Source: an uncultured Acidobacteriota bacterium | Lineage (GTDB): Bacteria > Acidobacteriota > Thermoanaerobaculia > Multivoradales > JAHEKO01 | Length of the DNA stretch: 64,000 nt | Reading direction: 5' to 3' | Assembly (NCBI GenBank): GCA_963713825.1 | Contig: CAVQNG010000003.1 | Span: forward strand, 704,001-768,000 | Part shown: positions 1 through 13,288 of the stretch, piece after piece | Layout of the letters: every line of letters begins with the position of its first letter | Numbering within the stretch: the stretch's first letter is position 1 | Made by a program: the position numbers and the translations under genes | The notes under the pieces: generated by a model | The model's input: the letters and a program-made list of their open reading frames with translations, nothing else | Database searches by the model: none | What the model was told of the DNA's origin: nothing

Positions 1-842
1 TCGAAATCAGGCTTCTCGTACACCGATTCGTCCAGGAGCAGGTACTGGGGACACGTCTCGCCATAGACCTCCAGCCCCGAGTCCCGAGCCTTTGTCAGGG
101 CGTCAACGGCCTGCTGGCAGGTGACGTGGACGATGTAGGCGGAAGCTCCGGTCAGCCCTGCCAGGACCATCATCCGCTCGGTAGCCTCGCCCTCCAATTC
201 GGGCGGCCGCGAGCGAGGATGGGCCTCCGGGCCCAGACTACCGGCAGCCGCCAGGCGGCTGCGCAGGTGCTCCACCATGTCCCCGTGCTCGGCGTGCACC
301 AACACACGGGCTTGCAGGTTGTGCGCCGCCTCGAGGGCGCGAATCAGCGCCGCGTCTTCCAGGCCCACCGTCTCCTTGTAGGCCATGTAGAGCTTGAAGG
401 AGGGAATTCCCTGGTTGTGGACGCAGTCGGCCATCCACCGCGTGGTCTCCTCCCCCCACCAGGTGACGGCCATGTGGAGCCCATAGTCGGCCACCGCCTT
501 ACCAGCCTCCTCCTTGCGGGCCGCGAGCGCCTCCAAGAAGCTCTCTCCACGCTCTGGGTGAACGAAATCCACGATCGTCGTAGTGCCGCCTGCCAGCGCC
601 GCCGCAGTACCACTCTCGAAATCGTCCGAAGAGACGGTGCCTGCCACTGGTAGCTGCATGTGAACGTGGGGATCGACGCCGCCGGGAAAGACCAGTTGGC
701 CTGCGGCATCCAAGACTTCGTCTTCGGAGCCCGGCGCGAGAGCTTCGGCCAATTCCACGATCCGGCCGTCACGACATCGAATATCACCGCGCCAGCGCTG
801 CTGGCCCGTCACGATGTCGCCGTTGCGGATGAGAATGCCCAC
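1..842 (-). CDS. hydA: Dihydropyrimidinase / D-hydantoinase (HydA/HyuA family), 3' end runs off the window
   Basis: Not in the ORF track. Manual translation from GTG at 842 gives VGILIRNGDIVTG...VFPGGVDPHVHMQLPVAGTVSSDDFESGTAAALAGGTTTIVDF, the amidohydrolase DxHxH motif and dihydropyrimidinase signature. Later FKLYMAYK and VHAEH motifs are also present. Confidence 0.92.
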   Translation of the reverse strand, partial: MGILIRNGDIVTGQQRWRGDIRCRDGRIVELAEALAPGSEDEVLDAAGQLVFPGGVDPHVHMQLPVAGTVSSDDFESGTAAALAGGTTTIVDFVHPERGESFLEALAARKEEAGKAVADYGLHMAVTWWGEETTRWMADCVHNQGIPSFKLYMAYKETVGLEDAALIRALEAAHNLQARVLVHAEHGDMVEHLRSRLAAAGSLGPEAHPRSRPPELEGEATERMMVLAGLTGASAYIVHVTCQQAVDALTKARDSGLEVYGETCPQYLLLDESVYEKPDF

Positions 843-984
843 GATCAACCTTTGAAGAGGCGCATGTTCTCCTGAGAGTAACGCGAATTCGCGCCTTGCA
901 TAGCGGATTCTGCCTCTCAGAGTGGGTGAGAAGGACCTTCGGACCTGCGTTTCGACTCCCGAATCAAGTATCCTGTCACGCTGT

Positions 985-3614
<2,630 letters not shown>

Positions 3615-3618
<4 letters not shown>

Positions 3619-4838
3619 CCACAGAACCATCTCTTTCGTTGGGCCCTGACCGGGACGGCAGGATTCTCGTCACGGCGGCCGGCCGTGTGGTCCGGTTCGA
3701 CGACGAGGCCACGCCTGGGACAGCCCCGGCGTCGAACCTGAGCTGCGAGCAAGCTCGCATCGAGCCCGGCAGGGTCAACGCTCACACCCACATCTACAGC
3801 GGGCTGGCACCGTTCGAGATGCCCCCCCCGGCAGTGGCGCCCGAGAACTTTCTGCAGATTCTCGAGCGCGTCTGGTGGCGGCTGGATCGGGCTCTCGACG
3901 AGGAGTCCCTGCGGGCTTCGGCCCGCTTCTACGTGGCCCAAGCCCTTCTCGCTGGTACCACAACCCTGGTCGATCATCACGAATCGCCAACTTTCATCGA
4001 CGGCTCGCTGGACATCCTGGCCGATACCTGTCAGGAGCTCGGGATGCGGGCGCTGCTGTGCTATGGCGCCACCGAGCGCAACGGCGGCCGCGAGGAGGCT
4101 CACCGAGGACTCGAGGAGTGCCGCCGGTTCCATCAGGACAACAGTCGATCGTTGGTTCGAGGACTCGTAGGGCTCCATGCCTCCTTCACGGTCTCCGATG
4201 AGACCATCGAGGAGGCTGCCAACCTGAGCCGCGAGCTCGACACAGTCCTACACGTCCATGTGGCCGAGGACCTGGCCGATGTCGAGGATGCCCTTGAACG
4301 GGGCTACGACGGACCGCTGGAGCGCTTGCTGCACTTCGGTGCCCTGCCGCCGGGTTCGATTCTGGCTCACTGTGTTCACTGCCAGGCGGCGCAAGTTCGC
4401 ACCATTGCCGCCCGAGACCTGTGGATCGTCCAGAACCCGCGCTCGAATCTTGGCAACGGTGTGGGCTACCCCGCGGCCCTCAGCGAGAGTAACCAGGTGG
4501 CGGTCGGAACCGACGGCTATCCGGCCCGCATGGAGGACGAGGTGCTCGTCCTGAGAGCCGAGGCTGCCGAACACGGCGAAGCCGAGACTGTCATCACTGC
4601 TCGCGTCGCCGGCGCCTACCAGCTCGGAGCCGAACGCATTGGCCTCCAGCTGGCACCTTTGACACCAGGTGGTGCCGCTGATTTCATTGTGCGCGACAAC
4701 GACCGGGTCCGCCATGTTGGAGTAGCCGGTCGAGTTGTGGTTCGTGACGGCAGCTTGACGACTGCCGACCTGGAAGAAATCCATGCTCATGCGGTGGAGC
4801 AGGCCAGGCGTCTGTGGAACCGACTGGGCTCTGTGTAG
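3615..4838 (+). CDS. ssnA: SsnA-like metal-dependent amidohydrolase
   Basis: NAHTHIYS, WWRLDRALD, DHHESP, GLHASFT, HVHVAE and GTDG motifs; 4-nt overlap with the xdh stop. Confidence 0.85.
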
Positions 4839-4854
4839 CGGGAGGTAACGTGTC

Positions 4855-6345
4855 ATGCCGACACTCGGGCTGGAAACGAAAATCATCGACAAAGAAGTCT
4901 TCGACAACACGGTCAGCCATTTCCGCGCAGCCGGGATCCGCCTGCCGACCTTTGGCGAGCTGGCCGATCCCAAACGCATTCCGGAGACCATTCGCCAGGG
5001 CCTGGACGAGATCGACACCGATGCTGGGCACCCCCTGAACCTGTTCCGAGTGCACTGGCACAATGCGTCGGGTGGAGGCGCGTTTCGGGCCGTCCCCGAG
5101 CACATTGTCTTGCCATCGGAGCTGACGGGCGTCGAAGCGAAGATCGTCGTTCTTCCGGCGGATCACTTCCCAATGATTCACGCTCACAAGGTGCTGGCAA
5201 CCTATGGTTGTCTGGCTCCTCGGGTCATTACAGGGCAGTTCGATCCCACCCATCATCGAGCCATCTGGCCCTCCACCGGCAACTACTGCCGTGGAGGCAT
5301 CGCGGTCTCGAGGATCATGGACTGTCGAGGGGTCGCGGTGCTGCCGGAGGGCATGAGTCGAGAGCGCTTCGATTGGCTCGAGGCGTGGGTATCGAACCCC
5401 GAAGACATCATCAGGACCCACGGCACCGAGAGCAACGTCAAAGAGATCTATGACAAATGCGCCGAGCTCGACCAAGATGCGGACAACATCATCTTCAACC
5501 AGTTCAGTGAGTTCGGAAACTACCTGGCTCACTACTTATGCACCGGCTCGGCGATCGACCGGGTCCTGACACATCTGAAGGCCGACCATCAAGAGCTGCA
5601 ACTGCGGGCCTACATCTCGGCCACCGGATCCGGCGGCACTCTGGCGGCCGGCGACTACCTCAAGGAGCGTCATGGCGCCTGGATCGTCGCAGTGGAGGCC
5701 CTGGAGTGCCCGACGTTGCTCTACAACGGCTTCGGAGAGCACAACATCCAGGGCATCGGAGACAAGCACATTCCGTTGATTCACAACGTCATGAACACCG
5801 ACGCTGCCGTGGCGATCTCGGACGCCAGCACCGACGAGCTGCTGGTGCTCTTCAACTCCGATGAAGGCAAGCGCTATCTGGCCGAGCGACAAGGAGTACC
5901 CGACGATACTCTCGAAGCCCTGCACCGATTCGGGTTCTCCTCCATTTGCAACATCCTGGCCGGTATCAAGACGGCCAAGTACCTCGATCTCGGATCGGAC
6001 GATGTCGTCGTAACGGTGGCCACCGATGGTGAAGAGCTCTACCGCAGCGAGCACGAGAAGATCCTCGCCCAGCGATTTGGTGACCGGTTCGATTCGATCT
6101 CGGCTGGAGAGACCTTTGGGCAGCACCTGGCGGGCGTCGCTACCGACCACTTCCTGGAACTGTCGCACATCGACCGAACCCGCATCTTCAATCTTGGCTA
6201 CTTCACCTGGGTGGAGCAGCAGGGCATTTCCATCGAAGACTTCGTTGCCCGTCGCGAGCCGATTTTCTGGCACCGACTCCTCGATCTGATCCCCGCCTGG
6301 GACGCAATGATCGACGAGTTCAACAGTCACGTAGGCCTGGAGTGA
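4855..6345 (+). CDS. PLP-dependent fold-type II enzyme (cysteine synthase-like)
   Basis: AHKV (PLP lysine), [13 protein letters not shown] and IQGIG motifs; GGAGG RBS. Confidence 0.85.
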   Translation: MPTLGLETKIIDKEVFDNTVSHFRAAGIRLPTFGELADPKRIPETIRQGLDEIDTDAGHPLNLFRVHWHNASGGGAFRAVPEHIVLPSELTGVEAKIVVLPADHFPMIHAHKVLATYGCLAPRVITGQFDPTHHRAIWPSTGNYCRGGIAVSRIMDCRGVAVLPEGMSRERFDWLEAWVSNPEDIIRTHGTESNVKEIYDKCAELDQDADNIIFNQFSEFGNYLAHYLCTGSAIDRVLTHLKADHQELQLRAYISATGSGGTLAAGDYLKERHGAWIVAVEALECPTLLYNGFGEHNIQGIGDKHIPLIHNVMNTDAAVAISDASTDELLVLFNSDEGKRYLAERQGVPDDTLEALHRFGFSSICNILAGIKTAKYLDLGSDDVVVTVATDGEELYRSEHEKILAQRFGDRFDSISAGETFGQHLAGVATDHFLELSHIDRTRIFNLGYFTWVEQQGISIEDFVARREPIFWHRLLDLIPAWDAMIDEFNSHVGLE

Positions 6346-6377
6346 GGTAGGCTCGAGCCTCGTCCCGGAATCGCATC

Positions 6378-7817
6378 ATGAACCTCGCGTCGACTCTCGT
6401 CTGTCAGGGCTGCGGCCATTCCGTGCCTCCCGATGAGCCCTATCCGTTCCGCTGTCCTCAGGCCGATCTCGACGACGACATCGATCACGTTCTCCGGCGG
6501 ATTCTGGACACCTCCGCCCTGGACTCGCCCGCCGAGCTGAGTCGGCCTTTCTCCAGCGATCTCCGCAGCCCTTTCTTGCGATATGGGCGGCTACTTCACA
6601 GCTATCAGACGGCCCGCCACATGGGCCTCGACGATACGAGCTTCGCCAAACTGGTGACACGACTGGACGCCGCGGTGGCTCAGACCGACGGCCACGGGTT
6701 TCGAGTCACGCCCTTCGCTCCGGCTGACAAGCTGGCGCAGGCGCTCGACCTCGAGCCCGGTGGCCTTTGGATCAAGGACGAGACAGGCAATGTCTCCGGC
6801 TCCCACAAGGCTCGACACCTGATGGGACTCATGCTCTGGCTGGAGATGAGCCGGCAGCTCTGGCCAGAGAAGGTGGAGACCGCCCCCCGGCTGGCGATCG
6901 CCAGTTGCGGCAATGCCGCCCTCGGCGCCGCGGTCGTTGCCCGTGCGATGAACTATCCGCTCGACGTGTATGTGCCGACCTGGGCGGATACGGCGGTCAC
7001 AGAGCGCCTCGCCGGGCTGGGTGCAACCCTCGTTGCCTGCCCAAGGGAAGGTTCGATCACCGGCGACCCCTGCTATCACCGCTTCCGGGAAGCTGTCGGT
7101 CAGGGGGCCCTGCCCTTCACCTGCCAGGGGACAGAGAACGGTTTGGTCATCGAGGGAGGCAAGACCCTGGTCTGGGAGATGGTTTCCTCTCTCATGGTCG
7201 AGGAGCGCGAGCTCGACCACCTGTGCATCCAGGTCGGCGGTGGAGCCCTGGCCAGCGCCTGTATCCAGGGACTGTTCGAAGCGCGAAGCGTCGGCGTTCT
7301 CGAGCGGCTCCCCGCCATCCACACAGTGCAGTCGTCGGGCGCAAGCCCTCTGCACCGGGCCTGGGAGGCCTTGATGGAGAGGACTCTCGTTCGCCACCAG
7401 CGCGAGACACGTGAAATGCCCCCCCACCTCGGCGATGACGTGGAGCGGGCCGAATTCGTGCGCGACCGGGTCTCTCCTGCCCTCATCCAGGACGAGCTGC
7501 ACTATGCCGCCACCCACCGTTCCGAGTTCATGTGGCCCTGGGAAGAAGAGCCCACCAGCATCGCCACCGGCATCCTGGACGACGAGACCTACGACTGGCT
7601 GTCCGTGGTCGAAGGCATGCTGCTGACGGGGGGTGTCCCTTTGGTCGTCGATGAGAAGACCCTGACTCGGGCCCACGGACTGTCTCGCGAATACACCTCG
7701 GTGGCGGCCGACCCTACCGGCACTTCGGGTCTGGCAGGGCTCTTGGAGTTACACCGCCGCGGTACGATCCAGCCCGGCGAGACTCTCGGCGTGCTGTTGA
7801 CCGGCGTCGAGAGATAG
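6378..7817 (+). CDS. PLP-dependent threonine synthase-like enzyme with N-terminal Cys cluster
   Basis: KDETGNVSGSHKAR, ASCGNA, QVGGGAL and LLTG motifs; CQGC...C at the N-terminus. Confidence 0.82.
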   Translation: MNLASTLVCQGCGHSVPPDEPYPFRCPQADLDDDIDHVLRRILDTSALDSPAELSRPFSSDLRSPFLRYGRLLHSYQTARHMGLDDTSFAKLVTRLDAAVAQTDGHGFRVTPFAPADKLAQALDLEPGGLWIKDETGNVSGSHKARHLMGLMLWLEMSRQLWPEKVETAPRLAIASCGNAALGAAVVARAMNYPLDVYVPTWADTAVTERLAGLGATLVACPREGSITGDPCYHRFREAVGQGALPFTCQGTENGLVIEGGKTLVWEMVSSLMVEERELDHLCIQVGGGALASACIQGLFEARSVGVLERLPAIHTVQSSGASPLHRAWEALMERTLVRHQRETREMPPHLGDDVERAEFVRDRVSPALIQDELHYAATHRSEFMWPWEEEPTSIATGILDDETYDWLSVVEGMLLTGGVPLVVDEKTLTRAHGLSREYTSVAADPTGTSGLAGLLELHRRGTIQPGETLGVLLTGVER

Positions 7818-7944
7818 CCTCCCTGCGGCATATATACTTCCCGTCAGCTTTAGCCGTACCCAAAACCAAGAGCCTCGTATCGCGGGGCCCAGGACGACAG
7901 GCTCTCTCGTTGGTCTGTCGCGATAGACAAACAAGGAGAACTCA

Positions 7945-8895
7945 ATGAGTGACACGAAAATCATTGTTGTCGTCGGAGCGACTGGTGCGCAGGGTGGTGG
8001 CTTGGTTCGCGCCATCCTCGATGACGAGGGTGGACCCTTCACAGCGCGCGCCATCACCAGAAATGTCGAATCGGAGAAGGCGCAAGAGCTCGCCACGCTG
8101 GGCGCCGAGGTCGTCGCCGCCGACATCGACGACCCGCAGAGTCTCGAAAAGGCCTTGGAAGGCGCCTATGGTGCCTACTTCGTAACCTTCTTCTGGGAGC
8201 ACTTCTCGCCGGAGAAGGAGATGGCCCACGTCCGAGCCATGGCCGAGGCCGCCAAGCACGCAGGGCTCCAGCACGTTGTCTGGTCGACCCTCGAGGACAC
8301 CCGGAATTGGGTACCGCTCGACGACGACTCGATGCCGACGCTGATGGAGAGCTACAAGGTGCCACACTTCGATGCCAAGGGTGCGTCGAACCACTACTTC
8401 ACGGACCTCGGTGTTCCCGTCACGTTCCTGCTTACATCGTTCTACTGGGACAACTTCATTCATTTCGGGATGGGGCCGCAGAAGGGACCCGACGGCAAGT
8501 ACACCATCGCCCTGCCCATGGACGACAAAAAGCTTCCGGGCATGGCTGCCGAGGACATCGGACGCGCCGCCTATGGCATCTTCAAGAAGGGGCCCGAGCT
8601 CATCGGCAAGACGATCGGTATCACGGGCGAGCATCTGTCTGGAGCGGAAATGGCTGCCGCGCTCGGCAACGCCCTGGGGGTGGAGGTGGCCTACAACGCC
8701 GTGCCGCCCGAGGTCTATCGCAGCTTCGGCTTCCCCGGCGCCGAAGACCTCGGCAACATGTTCCAGTTCAAGCGGGACTTCAACGACTACTTCTGCGGTG
8801 TGCGCAAGGTCGACGAGACTCGAGCACTCAATCCAGCCCTCCAGTCCTTCGACGAGTGGCTCGCCCGCAACGCTAGTCGCATCCCGATAGAGTAG
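7945..8895 (+). CDS. NmrA/HSCARG family NAD(P)-binding protein
   Basis: VVGATGAQGG Rossmann motif, VPHFDAK; AAGGAG RBS. Confidence 0.9.
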   Translation: MSDTKIIVVVGATGAQGGGLVRAILDDEGGPFTARAITRNVESEKAQELATLGAEVVAADIDDPQSLEKALEGAYGAYFVTFFWEHFSPEKEMAHVRAMAEAAKHAGLQHVVWSTLEDTRNWVPLDDDSMPTLMESYKVPHFDAKGASNHYFTDLGVPVTFLLTSFYWDNFIHFGMGPQKGPDGKYTIALPMDDKKLPGMAAEDIGRAAYGIFKKGPELIGKTIGITGEHLSGAEMAAALGNALGVEVAYNAVPPEVYRSFGFPGAEDLGNMFQFKRDFNDYFCGVRKVDETRALNPALQSFDEWLARNASRIPIE

Positions 8896-8938
8896 CCGGG
8901 CGACAAGAATCGAAATCGAGACCGACGAGGAGATACGG

Positions 8939-9175
8939 ATGATCCGACTTCGCATCAAGGAGACCGGCACCGAGCTGGGATCCATCACCGAGGAAGACCT
9001 GCAATTCCTCATCGATAATCTGGAAGAAGAGTGGGAGGAGGACCAGGACTACTACCTCAACCGCCAAACCCTGGAGATGCTCAAGGGCCGCGGCATCTCT
9101 GCCTCTCTCGCTCAGATGCTCGAACGTGCGATGGGAGAAGGCGACGACGTCGAGGTGGAGTGGTCGCGGGAATAG
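8939..9175 (+). CDS. Small acidic hypothetical protein (78 aa)
   Basis: GAGGAG RBS; protein-like composition (LGSITEEDLQFLIDNLEEE..DQDYY). Confidence 0.75.
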   Translation: MIRLRIKETGTELGSITEEDLQFLIDNLEEEWEEDQDYYLNRQTLEMLKGRGISASLAQMLERAMGEGDDVEVEWSRE

Positions 9176-9301
9176 GCGCTCCTTGGACTTGCTTTCTTCG
9201 ATCACGCTGCTCGTCGCATTGTCTGCTGGCGCGCTGAGCTTACTGGCGGGCTGAGTGGCTCTGGCGAGGGCCCGACTCGGACGTCGCAGTCTGGAGAGTT
9301 C

Positions 9302-9958
9302 ATGTTTCTAGGTCATTTCGGAGTCGGATTCGGGGCCAAACGTATAGCCCCGAGGACGTCGCTGGGGACCCTGTTCCTGGCCTCCCAGTTCATCGATCTA
9401 CTCTGGCCCCTCCTCCTTCTCGTGGGAGCCGAGCGCGTCGCAATCGTGCCAGGCATCACGGTGGTTACGCCCCTGGACTTCACCCACTATCCGTGGTCCC
9501 ACAGCCTGCTGGCCGTCACGCTCTGGGGTGTACTTTTTGCAGCGACCTACTATCTGGTGAAGCGCTACAAGGCTGGAGCGTGGGTCTGCGGAGCCGCGGT
9601 CGTCAGCCACTGGGTACTCGATCTCGTGCTGCATCGGCCCGACCTGCCGCTGTTGCCCGGCGGTGACTACCGGGCGGGGTTCGGCCTCTGGAACTCTCTT
9701 GCAGCCACTCTCGTGATCGAGCTTGCGGTCTTCGCCGTGGGCCTTGTCCTCTATCTTCGAACCACGACCGCGTCTGATCGTATCGGGTCGATCGGTCTAT
9801 GGAGTCTGGTCGGCTTTCTCCTGCTGGTCTATGCGGGAAATCTGTTCGGGGCTCCTCCACCGAGTGTGCGCGCCATCGCCTGGCTAGGGCAGGCGCAATG
9901 GCTACTTATCGCGTGGGGCTACTGGATCGACCGACATCGAGTGACACAAGGAGTCTGA
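9302..9958 (+). CDS. Membrane-bound metal-dependent hydrolase-like protein (YbcI-like)
   Basis: MFLGH, PWSHSL and SHWVLD motifs; several transmembrane segments. Confidence 0.8.
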   Translation: MFLGHFGVGFGAKRIAPRTSLGTLFLASQFIDLLWPLLLLVGAERVAIVPGITVVTPLDFTHYPWSHSLLAVTLWGVLFAATYYLVKRYKAGAWVCGAAVVSHWVLDLVLHRPDLPLLPGGDYRAGFGLWNSLAATLVIELAVFAVGLVLYLRTTTASDRIGSIGLWSLVGFLLLVYAGNLFGAPPPSVRAIAWLGQAQWLLIAWGYWIDRHRVTQGV

Positions 9959-10054
9959 ATGACCCTCGCCCTGACCGCGACGGTCTACCTGATCCTCGGA
10001 CTTCTGAAGAGCAGGCCCTGATCCAAGCGTCCACGCCCCGGGAGGAAGACTTCG

Positions 10055-10996
10055 TCAGGGCACGATATGGGTGCCGGCCGAGCCGCGAATGGCAGCCTCG
10101 AGTAGGTGGGGCTGGGTAATGATTACCTCCTGGCCGCCATGCTCCAGGAACTCGATCGCCGCTTCGATCTTGGGCTTCATGCTGCCGGGCGGGAAATGAC
10201 CTGCCTCGAGATACAGCCGCGCCTCGCGGACGGTCATTCGATCGATCTCCCGCTGCTCGGGCTTCCCGAAGTTCAGAGCCACCCTGTCCACTGCCGTCGA
10301 GAGGATGAACATCTCGGCTCCGAGGTTCTTGGCCAGCATGCATGAGGCCCAGTCCTTGTCGACAACGGCACCCACCCCTTCGAGGCCACCGTCGTCCCGG
10401 CGAATCACCGGAATCCCGCCACCGCCAACCGCCACCACGATGATGTCCTTGGCCAACAGTGCCTCGATGGCCGGCTCCTCGATGATCTCCAGTGGCCGGG
10501 GTGACGCGACCACCCGCCGCCAGCCCCGCCCGGCGTCCTCGACCATCATCCACCCTTCGTTGTCCTGGTGCTCACGTGCTGTTGCCTCGCTGTAGAAGGG
10601 GCCGATCGGTTTCGAGGGCTTCTCGAATCCCGGGTCGTTCGCGTCGACCACCGTCTGCGTCACAATCGCGGCCACGGGCTTGTCGATCCCGCGGCGCCGC
10701 AACTCGTTGCCCAGGGTCTGGCTGATCTGATAGCCGATGGCACCCTGCGTATCGGCGCCACAACTGTCCAGGGGCACTTGGTGCAGCACCTCCTTGGCCA
10801 GCTCCGAGCGCAACAGGATGAAGCCGACCTGTGGGCCGTTGCCGTGCGTGATGACGACACGGTAACCCTCGGCCACGATATCGGCGATGTAATCGCTCGT
10901 CTCACCACAGGCCCGGTACTGATCGAAGACCGTCGAGTGCTCCGCATCTTTGATCAGCGAGTTACCACCAATAGCAATGACGACCAGCTTCTCCAT
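10055..10996 (-). CDS. arcC: Carbamate kinase (ArcC/YqeA)
   Basis: AIGGNSL, THGNGPQVG, KPIGPFY, GWRRVVASP, VVDKD and GSMKPK motifs. Confidence 0.96.
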   Translation of the reverse strand: MEKLVVIAIGGNSLIKDAEHSTVFDQYRACGETSDYIADIVAEGYRVVITHGNGPQVGFILLRSELAKEVLHQVPLDSCGADTQGAIGYQISQTLGNELRRRGIDKPVAAIVTQTVVDANDPGFEKPSKPIGPFYSEATAREHQDNEGWMMVEDAGRGWRRVVASPRPLEIIEEPAIEALLAKDIIVVAVGGGGIPVIRRDDGGLEGVGAVVDKDWASCMLAKNLGAEMFILSTAVDRVALNFGKPEQREIDRMTVREARLYLEAGHFPPGSMKPKIEAAIEFLEHGGQEVIITQPHLLEAAIRGSAGTHIVP

Positions 10997-11112
10997 GGAT
11001 CACCTCTCTCATGCCACGTCTCAGAGTTGAGACTCTTAGGCTATTATCCCGTTTCCAGACCCATTCAAGGGTCCTGAACTGTACGACCCCCGAAATCGGG
11101 AGGAGGTTTTCA

Positions 11113-12066
11113 ATGCGTAGCTTTCTGGGAAGGGACGTCCTCTCCCTCAAGGACTTCGACCGCGAAGAAGTCGATCACATTCTCGAAGTGGCCGAGGAAT
11201 TGGCTCCGATCGCCCGTAATCGTCAGAACACCGACTTGTTGCAGGACAAGATTCTGGCGGTGGCCTTCTACCAGCCCTCGACACGCACGCGGCTCGCCCA
11301 TGAGGCCGCGATGCTCCGCTTGGGCGGCAAGGTCACCGGCTACTCCGACGCCAAGATGACCCGCGCCGGCGACTTCTACCAGGAGACCATCAAGGACACC
11401 GTCAGGATGCTGGAGTGCTATGGCGATTGCATTGTCATGCGCCATTTCGAGCAGGGCGCACCCCACGAAGCCGCCCGCTGGGCAGAGGTTCCCATCATCA
11501 ACGGTGGCGACGGCTGGGGCGAGCACCCCACCCAGATCCTCACCGATCTCTATACCGTGCAGCAGGCCAAAGGCAGGATCGACGGCCTCAACTGGCTGGC
11601 CGTGGGTGACATGCGGATGCGCACCATGCACTCCCTGGCCTACGCCCTGACCAACTTCGACTGTCCCATCACTTTCGTCGCGCCGCCCGAGATCTCCCTG
11701 ACCGACGAGTTCAAGGCCGAGTTGGCGGGCTACGACCTCGACTTCCGTGAGGTGGACCATGTCGAGGAGGCCATCGCCGAGGCCGATGTGATTCTGGTCG
11801 AGCCCGTCGTGCAGCCCGACTACACCAAGTCCCGTGATGAGCGAGACGGGGACGTCGATCTGACACCGGCCAACTATCGGATCACCCGGGAGCTGCTCGA
11901 GGCCAAGGCCAAGTCGGATGCCGTGCTGCTGCACTCGCTGCCCCGCATGGACGAGATCCCGACCGAGGTCGACGACACCCCCTGGGCCTACTACTGGCAG
12001 GAGGCCTTCAACGGCGTGGTGATGCGGATGGCGTTGCTCGCCCTGGTCCTGGGAGCCAAAGAGTAG
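11113..12066 (+). CDS. Aspartate/ornithine carbamoyltransferase-family protein (ATCase-like, atypical substrate loop)
   Basis: STRT, VMRH, HPTQ and HSLPR motifs; AGGAGG RBS before ATG at 11113. Confidence 0.88.
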   Translation: MRSFLGRDVLSLKDFDREEVDHILEVAEELAPIARNRQNTDLLQDKILAVAFYQPSTRTRLAHEAAMLRLGGKVTGYSDAKMTRAGDFYQETIKDTVRMLECYGDCIVMRHFEQGAPHEAARWAEVPIINGGDGWGEHPTQILTDLYTVQQAKGRIDGLNWLAVGDMRMRTMHSLAYALTNFDCPITFVAPPEISLTDEFKAELAGYDLDFREVDHVEEAIAEADVILVEPVVQPDYTKSRDERDGDVDLTPANYRITRELLEAKAKSDAVLLHSLPRMDEIPTEVDDTPWAYYWQEAFNGVVMRMALLALVLGAKE

Positions 12067-12079
12067 GGAGCTTTTGGGG

Positions 12080-13270
12080 CTATAGGCGGCGCGGAGCCCC
12101 TCGCTGCAGCACTTCGGCGAGCACTCGGGCGGGATTCTCGAAGCGCGACAGTAGAATCATCGCCGCCATCACATAGGGCTTGTGCTCGGCCTCGTGGTAG
12201 GTGGCCGTCCGGTAGCGCTCGAACACGCTGGCGGCCACCTCACCCTCCTCACAACTGACTGCCGTGATATCGGCGGGGAGGCAGTGCATGTAGAGGGCTC
12301 GTCCTTCCTGCGTGGTCGCCATGAGCTCCTCGGTGCATTCCCACTGCTTGAACTGAGCGTTGTTCGCCACCGCCTCTTTCTCCAGTTCATCCATTTTGTC
12401 GGCCTGCCCCGAGCGCAAATAGCGGGTCCGCTTCTCCATGACGTGGAAGGGCGCCCAGCTCTTCGGGTAGACGACCTCGGCATCGGCGAAGGCTTCTTCC
12501 ATGCTGTGAACCAACTGGAAGGAGCCACCCGAACTCGCGGCCTGCTGGCTGGCCCGCTCGGCCGTGCCCGGCATCAGGTCATAGCCCTCGGGGTGAGCGA
12601 GCACCACATCCATCCCAAAGCGGGTCATCAGGTTGACGATGCCCTGGGGCACCGACAGAGGCTTGCCATAGGAGGGTGAGTAGGCCCAGGTCATGGCCAG
12701 CTTCTTGCCCCGCAGAGCCTCGAGCGAGCCGAAGGTCTTCCCGAGATGCATCAGGTCGGCCAGCGACTGTGTCGGATGGTCGCGGTCGCACTGCAGATTG
12801 ACCACCGCGGGACGCTGCGGCAACACCCCCTCTTCGTAGGCTTCGTCCAGTGAGCTCGCGACCTCGACCATGTACTCGTGCCCTTCGCCGATGAACAGGT
12901 CGTCCCGGATTCCGATGGCCTCGGTGAGAAACGAGATCATGGCCGCCGTCTCCCGCACCGTCTCTCCATGCGCCACCTGGGTCTTTGTTTCGTCCAGATC
13001 CATCAAGGACAGGCCCAGCAGGCTGGCGGCGCTGGCGAATGAGAATCGGGTACGGGTCGACTTGTCGCGGAAAAGAGAGACGGCTAGTCCGCCGCGAAAC
13101 AGACGCGCGTCGCAGTTGGCCCGATAGAGGTCCTCGAAGATCTCGGTGGCCAGCAGGAGCGCCTTGAGGTCGGCGCCCGATTGCTCCCAGGTCAGAAGGC
13201 AGTCCCTCTGGTAGAGATTCGTCTCTGTCCGGCCGAGCTCTTCGATACGTTGGCGAATCCGTTCCGACAT
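12080..13270 (-). CDS. ygeW: Knotted carbamoyltransferase YgeW
   Basis: FRDKSTRT, NLQCDRDHPTQ, WAYSPSYGKPLSVPQG, YPKSW and MHCLPADI, all YgeW signatures. Confidence 0.95.
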   Translation of the reverse strand: MSERIRQRIEELGRTETNLYQRDCLLTWEQSGADLKALLLATEIFEDLYRANCDARLFRGGLAVSLFRDKSTRTRFSFASAASLLGLSLMDLDETKTQVAHGETVRETAAMISFLTEAIGIRDDLFIGEGHEYMVEVASSLDEAYEEGVLPQRPAVVNLQCDRDHPTQSLADLMHLGKTFGSLEALRGKKLAMTWAYSPSYGKPLSVPQGIVNLMTRFGMDVVLAHPEGYDLMPGTAERASQQAASSGGSFQLVHSMEEAFADAEVVYPKSWAPFHVMEKRTRYLRSGQADKMDELEKEAVANNAQFKQWECTEELMATTQEGRALYMHCLPADITAVSCEEGEVAASVFERYRTATYHEAEHKPYVMAAMILLSRFENPARVLAEVLQRGAPRRL

Positions 13271-13288
13271 CCGATGCTCCTTGAGGTC

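Noticed and set aside
866-984. Possible purine or Moco riboswitch upstream of xdh/hydA
   Set aside because: I could not match consensus elements of the purine, xanthine or Moco RNA motifs by eye; an Rfam scan would be decisive.
9176-9301. Hydrophobic-coding-looking intergenic stretch, possibly a gene remnant
   Set aside because: Too short, with no start or recognisable motif.
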